Shown here: piece by piece, positions 58,597 through 64,000 of the stretch | Layout of the letters: each line of letters starts with the position of its first letter | How positions within the stretch are numbered: position 1 is the stretch's first letter | From: an uncultured Candidatus Rokubacteria bacterium | GTDB taxonomy: Bacteria; Methylomirabilota; Methylomirabilia; Rokubacteriales; CSP1-6 | DNA: 64,000 nt | Assembly: GCA_963754315.1 (NCBI GenBank) | Contig: CAVWFS010000005.1 | Span: 128,001 to 192,000 of the forward strand | Direction of reading: 5' to 3' | Position numbers and translations under genes: made by a program | Notes under the pieces: model-generated | The model's database searches: none | What the model saw: the letters and a program-made list of their open reading frames with translations, nothing else | Told to the model about the DNA's origin: nothing

Positions 58597-61011
58597 ATGT
58601 CTTCATATGAGCCACGTCGAAGCCGGCCTCTCGACGACCTGACGAGCAGCTTCGAATCTCCCTTTCTCGAGGGCGAGCTGTTCGAGAGCGCGGTGGAGCC
58701 AGTCCAGGAAGCGCGCCTGGTCGCCCTGGAAGAGGAGAGCGCATTCCGGCTGGCCTTCGAGGGCGATGCACGGGAGGGCTTAGAACCGCGCGCCCCGAAA
58801 GGCGCGGATCACGAACGAGTCGAGTACGAGATCAGTGGCACCAACGACATGGACGCGGTGGCCAACTCACTGGCCATACCTTATCGATGGATATGCCGGC
58901 TCGACATCGACTACGACATCACTCCCTTTGGAACCTCTCGCAGGCTGATAGGCACCGGGAGGGGAACCGGCACCCTCATCAGCCCATGCCACGTCCTGAC
59001 GGCGGCCCACAACCTGACCGAGTATGATCCGGCGGGAAGGAACACGCTCCGGGCCACGCGGATCAGGGTTACCCCGGCCCACGACGGCAGCTCCAGCCCG
59101 CCGCTAGCGACGGTGGAGGCGGACCTATCGCAATCGCCGGTACACCGCCTGTGGGATATCACCCGCCGGCACGATGCCACGGGAGCCGCGAACAACACCG
59201 GGGAGGTTGAAACCAACCGCTACGACTACGCCGTGCTGAGGCTGAAGACCGCGATCGGCGATCGCCAGGTGTCGGCCCTCGGCGGTCCACTCGGCTACTG
59301 GGGCAGCCAGGGATCGGGCGGGGCGGCTCGCTTTCAACGGGTGGAGCCCGTCGTTCTGAGAAGCAAGACGGTGTTCGTTGCCGGATACGGCAGTGACGAC
59401 TGCGTGCGGGCGGCGCGCACGGCCCGGGCAAATCCGAACATCCGGCTGGGCAGCCAGCTCACGGCCACCGGCCAGATCACGCTCGTGATGGAGGGGACAG
59501 GAACCCCATACGTGGGCAGAAGCATGGTCCACGACGCCGATACGTGCGGCGGCCAGAGCGGTGCGCCCGTGTGCCTCGAACTCAACGGAATCTACTATCT
59601 GGTGGGGGTGCACACGGGAGGGGTGGGATTGACCTCAGGCGGCCGCACGAACCACGCCGTCCGGGTCACCATGGAGGTGTCGAACCAGGTGCGCGATTGG
59701 ATGACGAGAGCCCCCTGCCCCGCGCCGGCGCGTGAGCTGGAGGACGACGAATCGCTCGAGGGCGAGAGACTTCCCCCCGAAGAGGAAGACCTAGCCCCGG
59801 ACGGGGTCGATCTCGGGGATGGCGAGCGGGAGCTGGAGGACGGGCCTGCCGACGAAGAGGAGGCCCAGTGGGCCATGCAATGGGCCGGTGACGAGGCCGA
59901 GAGCCCGCCGACCACTCCGGAGCCGGAGGGAGATGCCGCTCTGGAACATGACACTCCACCGATGACGCAGGCAATCTCGGACGCGGTCGACCAAAAGGAC
60001 TGGCCGCGCGTCCTGGAGCTGGCGATGCAGGTGGGGTGGCACGACGAGAACCAACTGACGAATCTGCTTTTCTTCAGCCGGCATACCGAGCTTGACCGGC
60101 GCAAGCTGGACCCGAGGAAGAACAAGGGGGATCAACAACTGGCTCAGGAATGGAACCAGGTCCTCGTCAAGGAGGTCAGGCCGGCCATCCAGAAAGCATC
60201 CGAGGACAGCGACCTCAAAGTGTCGGGCCGCTTTGTCGCCGAACGCGACCCGGAGCTATCGGGCGAGAAAGGCGCAAAGTTCAAGGAGGTGGTGGCCTGG
60301 GCGGCCAAAGCGGCGGATGTGGATCCGGGGCTCCTGGCCGCGGTGCTGCTGGCCGAAGTAGGCCGCGCGTCTCCCTATCTCAGCCCCGGTGAGGTGAGCT
60401 CATTTTTTACCGGCACGGATGACTTCTTCGCTCAAAGGAAAGCGCTTCGCGACAACGTCCCGGCCTTTGCCCAGGTCCGTTTCGACGAGCGAAAGAAGAC
60501 GACGAACATCAACGAGCACGGCCGGAGAGTCACCACGATCCCCTACACGACGGGCAGGGACGCCGCCCTGGCCACGGCAGTGTATTTGAAGTACGGCGAG
60601 ATCAAGCTCCGCCGAGCCGCGCAAAAGAATGGGGGGGATTTCGATAGCCTGCCCGTGGCGACTCGGTTCGCCCTGGTCCGCATCGCCATGGCGGCAGGCC
60701 ACGGTGGGATCAGCCAGGACGGTGACCTGATCAGGTTCAAGAAGCGGGGCGACGACTTGGTGAGGGTCAAGCCGGACGAGACCGGCGGGTTCCTCGTGGG
60801 CGTGGCCCGGTCGCTCGACCGGGTGTTGAAAGGCCAGGACATCCTGGTCCGAGACGGGGAACCGCGGAAGAACCCCACCAACGATTCTCGCATCACCCAT
60901 CGCAACGCGACCATCCTCGCGTCGCAGGCCATGCACCTGGGAGACTGGTTCTTTCGTGCTCCACCCCTGGGCATCCAGCCCGAGCTGGAGGAGAGCTTCG
61001 ACCCCTCCTGA
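58597..61011 (+). CDS. Multidomain protein: trypsin-like (V8/glutamyl endopeptidase type) serine protease, acidic linker, small helical domain and transglycosylase-like domain
   Basis: GTGTLI...VLTAAH, YDYAVL, AGY, DTCGGQSGAP, GVH. Glu-rich linker, then DENQLTNLLFFSRH and AAKAADVDPGLLAAVLLAE. Confidence 0.75.
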   Translation: MSSYEPRRSRPLDDLTSSFESPFLEGELFESAVEPVQEARLVALEEESAFRLAFEGDAREGLEPRAPKGADHERVEYEISGTNDMDAVANSLAIPYRWICRLDIDYDITPFGTSRRLIGTGRGTGTLISPCHVLTAAHNLTEYDPAGRNTLRATRIRVTPAHDGSSSPPLATVEADLSQSPVHRLWDITRRHDATGAANNTGEVETNRYDYAVLRLKTAIGDRQVSALGGPLGYWGSQGSGGAARFQRVEPVVLRSKTVFVAGYGSDDCVRAARTARANPNIRLGSQLTATGQITLVMEGTGTPYVGRSMVHDADTCGGQSGAPVCLELNGIYYLVGVHTGGVGLTSGGRTNHAVRVTMEVSNQVRDWMTRAPCPAPARELEDDESLEGERLPPEEEDLAPDGVDLGDGERELEDGPADEEEAQWAMQWAGDEAESPPTTPEPEGDAALEHDTPPMTQAISDAVDQKDWPRVLELAMQVGWHDENQLTNLLFFSRHTELDRRKLDPRKNKGDQQLAQEWNQVLVKEVRPAIQKASEDSDLKVSGRFVAERDPELSGEKGAKFKEVVAWAAKAADVDPGLLAAVLLAEVGRASPYLSPGEVSSFFTGTDDFFAQRKALRDNVPAFAQVRFDERKKTTNINEHGRRVTTIPYTTGRDAALATAVYLKYGEIKLRRAAQKNGGDFDSLPVATRFALVRIAMAAGHGGISQDGDLIRFKKRGDDLVRVKPDETGGFLVGVARSLDRVLKGQDILVRDGEPRKNPTNDSRITHRNATILASQAMHLGDWFFRAPPLGIQPELEESFDPS

Positions 61012-61149
61012 CACGAGCGCGGGCTGCGTGACCTGGAACGGCTTCTCAGACTAAAATAGCGCGGAAGGAGGAGGTGGCCGCACCAAGGTCCCGTGATGTG
61101 AACCGCGTGCACGCACCGAACCGTTCGCGCTGAGAGGAGAGTTCATACC

Positions 61150-62364
61150 ATGCCGCAGAAGACCGCGTTAGAGGACGTGAAGGTCCTCGATCTGACCCAG
61201 TTTGAGGCTGGAACCTCCTGCACGGAGGCGCTCGCATGGCTGGGCGCCGATGTCATCAAAGTCGAGAATCCTCGAGGTGGCGACCAGGGCCGCGGTGCCT
61301 CCACCGACCAGCAGGGGGTGGATTCGCACTACTTCATGCTGCTCAACGCCAACAAGCGCAGCGTCACGTTGAACCTCGGCAGCGAACGCGGTCGCGGCAT
61401 CTTCACGGAGATGTTGAAGAAGGCCGACGTCATGATCGAGAACTTCGCCCCTGGCGCCATCGAGCGGCTGGGCTTTGGCTATGACGTGGTCCGCAAGATC
61501 AATCCCCGTCTGATCTACGCGCAGGTCAAGGGTTTTGGCGAGGGTCCCTACGAGAACTATGTGAGCTTCGACATGATCGCTCAGTCCGTGGGTGGCGCCC
61601 TCAGCCTCACGGGCACACCGGAAACCGAGCCCCTCAAGCCCGGACCCACCATCGGCGACACGGGCACCGGGTTGCACTGCGCCATTGGCATCCTGGCGGC
61701 CCTGCACCAGCGCGAGCGCACCGGCCGGGGCCAGCACATCAAAGTGGCCATGCAGGATGCGGTGATCAACTTCAGCCGCATCGCCTTCGCGCGCCAGGCG
61801 GCCAGCGGCAAGGCGGCGGTGCGCTCGGGCAACCGCAGTGCGCTGGGCACGACCGCCCCCAGCGGCCTCTACAAGTGCAAGGGCGGAGGTCTCAATGACT
61901 ACTGCTTCATCTACACGACCCGCGCGGGCAACCGGCACTGGGACCGGCTGCTGAAGGCCATCGGCCGGGCCGACCTGATCGGCGACGAGCGCTTCAACTC
62001 GCCGGAGAAGCGATGGGCCAACCACGACGAAGTGGACCGCATCCTGAACGAGTTTACCCAGAGCCGCACCAAGGCCGAGGTCATGCAGGTCCTCGGTGAC
62101 GCCGGCGTCCCCGCCGGGGCCGTCTACGACACGATGGAGATCGCGCAGGATCCCGCGCTGCAGAAGCGCGAAATGATCGTCACCGTCGACCATCCCAAGC
62201 GTGGGAAATTCACCCTGCCAGGGTGGCCGGTGAAGATGTCCGACTCGCACGTCGCCGTGGACCGCTCACCGCTGCTCGGCGAGCACAATGCCGAGATTTA
62301 TCACGAGTGGCTGGGCATGTCCGCGCGCGACCTGGAGGATCTCAAGACCCAGGAGATCATCTGA
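61150..62364 (+). CDS. CoA-transferase family III (formyl-CoA transferase-like, CaiB/BaiF)
   Basis: KVLDLTQFEAG..CT..LAWLGADVIKVE, NKRS.TLNL, ENF.PG, GD.GTG, PLLGEHN. Confidence 0.9.
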   Translation: MPQKTALEDVKVLDLTQFEAGTSCTEALAWLGADVIKVENPRGGDQGRGASTDQQGVDSHYFMLLNANKRSVTLNLGSERGRGIFTEMLKKADVMIENFAPGAIERLGFGYDVVRKINPRLIYAQVKGFGEGPYENYVSFDMIAQSVGGALSLTGTPETEPLKPGPTIGDTGTGLHCAIGILAALHQRERTGRGQHIKVAMQDAVINFSRIAFARQAASGKAAVRSGNRSALGTTAPSGLYKCKGGGLNDYCFIYTTRAGNRHWDRLLKAIGRADLIGDERFNSPEKRWANHDEVDRILNEFTQSRTKAEVMQVLGDAGVPAGAVYDTMEIAQDPALQKREMIVTVDHPKRGKFTLPGWPVKMSDSHVAVDRSPLLGEHNAEIYHEWLGMSARDLEDLKTQEII

Positions 62365-62377
62365 ACCAGCCACAACG

Positions 62378-62605
62378 GTGAATCGACGCGAGTTCCTGGC
62401 CACCGGCGCCGGTGCCCTTGCCGGCGTCGGCGTGGCCGGGGTACATCGACGCCACCCTGGAGGGGGTTGGTAAGGTCAACGGGCCGTTGCCGGCGTGCCG
62501 ACCGGGATCTACGTCGCAGTCTGGGACGGCGCCCTCAAGAACTACGGCCCCAATCTAGGCTTCGACTACGGCGGCCGCCTCGTGGCCGCCTGGCTCGATC
62601 GTTAG
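62378..62605 (+). pseudogene. Fragmented remnant of a Tat-exported protein
   Basis: VNRREFLATGAGALAG twin-Arg leader, followed by short protein-like pieces in different frames. Confidence 0.35.
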
Positions 62606-63570
62606 GAATCGTCGCTCGCGGACAGCGGCCCTTTCGAAGGCTCACGAGCGCCCCCGCCCGCCGCGGCATCCTCGCAGGGGTTGCCCACGCCGCCTACGAT
62701 TCGGTGAGCGCCTGTATAGATGTTGAAGCCCCCGTTGCGCACGAAACCCACCAGGGTCATGTTTGCCGCCTGCGCCGTCTGCACGGCCATGCTGGAAGGA
62801 GCGGAGACCGCCGCCACCAGGGGAATTCGCGCAACCAGCGCTTTCTGCACGATCTCGAAGCTGGCGCGGCCGCTCACGAAGAGGAGATGCCGGTCCAGCG
62901 GTGTCTTGCCGGTCAGCACCATGTGCCCGATGACCTTGTCCACCGCATTGTGGCGACCGATATCTTCGCGGAGCACGATCAGGCGACCGTCGGCGTCGAA
63001 GAGCCCGGCCGCATGGAGACCGCCCGTCTTCTCGAAGATCGTCTGGGCCTGGCTCATCAGCGGAACGAGCCGATGAAGCCGCTCGATCGGGATCGTCGTG
63101 TCGGACGAAACCGGTGGGAGCGTGGACCGGATCGCGTCGATCATGGCCTTGCCACAGAGCCCGCAGGAGGACGACGTCACGAAGTTCCGCCGCAGCCGTT
63201 CCCGGGCGACGCGGGAGTCCCCCTTCAGCAAGACGTTCATCACATTGCCGAGGGTGGGATCGGTATCGGGCCCGCGATACCGCGCGATCACGTCGAGATC
63301 CTCGGCGCTGGTGATCACGCCCTCGGCGAGGAGGAAGCCGGCGACGAGCTCCTCGTCGTCTCCCGGAGTGCGCATCGTGACGCTGAGCGGCAGACCGGCG
63401 AGTCGGATCTCGAGCGGTTCCTCGACGGCGACGTAGTCCTGGCACTGGGACGCGTCATGGCCGTCCACCTTGACGATCCAGTAGCCCACGGCCGGAACAC
63501 CCCGCGGAATCTCGGACTCCGAGTCCAGAGTCAATGGACGCTCCCCACGCGGCGATTTCTCATGGGTCAA
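62602..63570 (-). CDS. fdhD: Formate dehydrogenase accessory sulfurtransferase FdhD (start approximate)
   Basis: VEEPLEI, MRTPG.D.EL..GFL..EG, SSCGLCGK, TGGLHAA, EDIGRHNAVDK, SGRASFE, SAPSS. Confidence 0.93.
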   Translation of the reverse strand: MTHEKSPRGERPLTLDSESEIPRGVPAVGYWIVKVDGHDASQCQDYVAVEEPLEIRLAGLPLSVTMRTPGDDEELVAGFLLAEGVITSAEDLDVIARYRGPDTDPTLGNVMNVLLKGDSRVARERLRRNFVTSSSCGLCGKAMIDAIRSTLPPVSSDTTIPIERLHRLVPLMSQAQTIFEKTGGLHAAGLFDADGRLIVLREDIGRHNAVDKVIGHMVLTGKTPLDRHLLFVSGRASFEIVQKALVARIPLVAAVSAPSSMAVQTAQAANMTLVGFVRNGGFNIYTGAHRIVGGVGNPCEDAAAGGGAREPSKGPLSASDDS

Positions 63571-64000
63571 GCGCCGTCGTCCCCAGGCGACTCCACGAAC
63601 GTGAACCCGAAGCGCCCTTTGATGCACAGATGGCCGTGGGTCACCGAGACGTCGGCCGGTGAGGTCACCTTCACGATGCGGTTGTCTTGCACATGCAGGG
63701 TGAGGGTACAGCCCACGCCACAATAGGGGCAGATCGTGTCTGTCGTCCGCTGCTTCGCCTCGTCCCAGACGCCGGCAGCTCGCATGTCGTGCTCGCGCTT
63801 GAACATGAGGGCGCCCGTTGGGCACACTCCGATGCAGTTGCCGCAATACACACAGGCCGAGTCGGGCAGAGGCACGTCTGCCTCGGTGGAAATCCTGGTG
63901 TCGAAGCCTCGGCCCGCCACGGCGATGGCAAACGTGTTCTGGGCGTCGACGCCGCAGGCTTCGACGCACTTGTAGCAGAGAATGCACTTGGTGTAATCGC
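63567..64000 (-). CDS. Fe-S subunit resembling the N-terminal module of formate dehydrogenase alpha (5' end outside window)
   Basis: CILCYKCVEAC, CVYCGNCIGVCP and TICPYCGVGC...LCIKGRFG, then a stop. Lies upstream of fdhD. Confidence 0.82.
   Translation of the reverse strand, partial: DYTKCILCYKCVEACGVDAQNTFAIAVAGRGFDTRISTEADVPLPDSACVYCGNCIGVCPTGALMFKREHDMRAAGVWDEAKQRTTDTICPYCGVGCTLTLHVQDNRIVKVTSPADVSVTHGHLCIKGRFGFTFVESPGDDGA

Overview
High-GC bacterial DNA, densely coding. I found no rRNA, tRNA, CRISPR array, integrase or transposase. The gene mix (orphan family-5 solute-binding proteins, SDRs, amidohydrolases, TauD- and IPNS-type 2OG dioxygenases, LLM monooxygenases, CoA transferase III, CoxL-like Mo enzyme, glgB, fdhD) resembles a soil heterotroph such as Ca. 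Rokubacteria; this is inference only. About ten otherwise intact genes carry single-base indels, which suggests unpolished long-read error. The most striking locus is 12122-18318. It has a DUF2079 membrane protein divergent from an operon of: (i) a glycosyltransferase with polypeptide-GalNAc-transferase/GT60-like motifs plus a GT25-like domain, (ii) a PqqD/RRE domain fused to an internal twin-arginine leader and a mucin-like Thr-rich repeat tail, (iii) an HprK-related kinase and (iv) an NTP_transf_5-type nucleotidyltransferase. No lasso cyclase, peptidase or radical SAM enzyme is present. This is a candidate RiPP-like phospho-/glyco-modification system for an exported mucin-like peptide. Second is an 804-aa protein at 58597-61011 (glutamyl-endopeptidase-like domain, acidic linkers, lytic-transglycosylase-like domain) that may self-process. 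Also present: a convergent active/inactive lipoprotein hydrolase pair, three toxin-antitoxin-like modules, a GAF-SDR fusion and several gene remnants.
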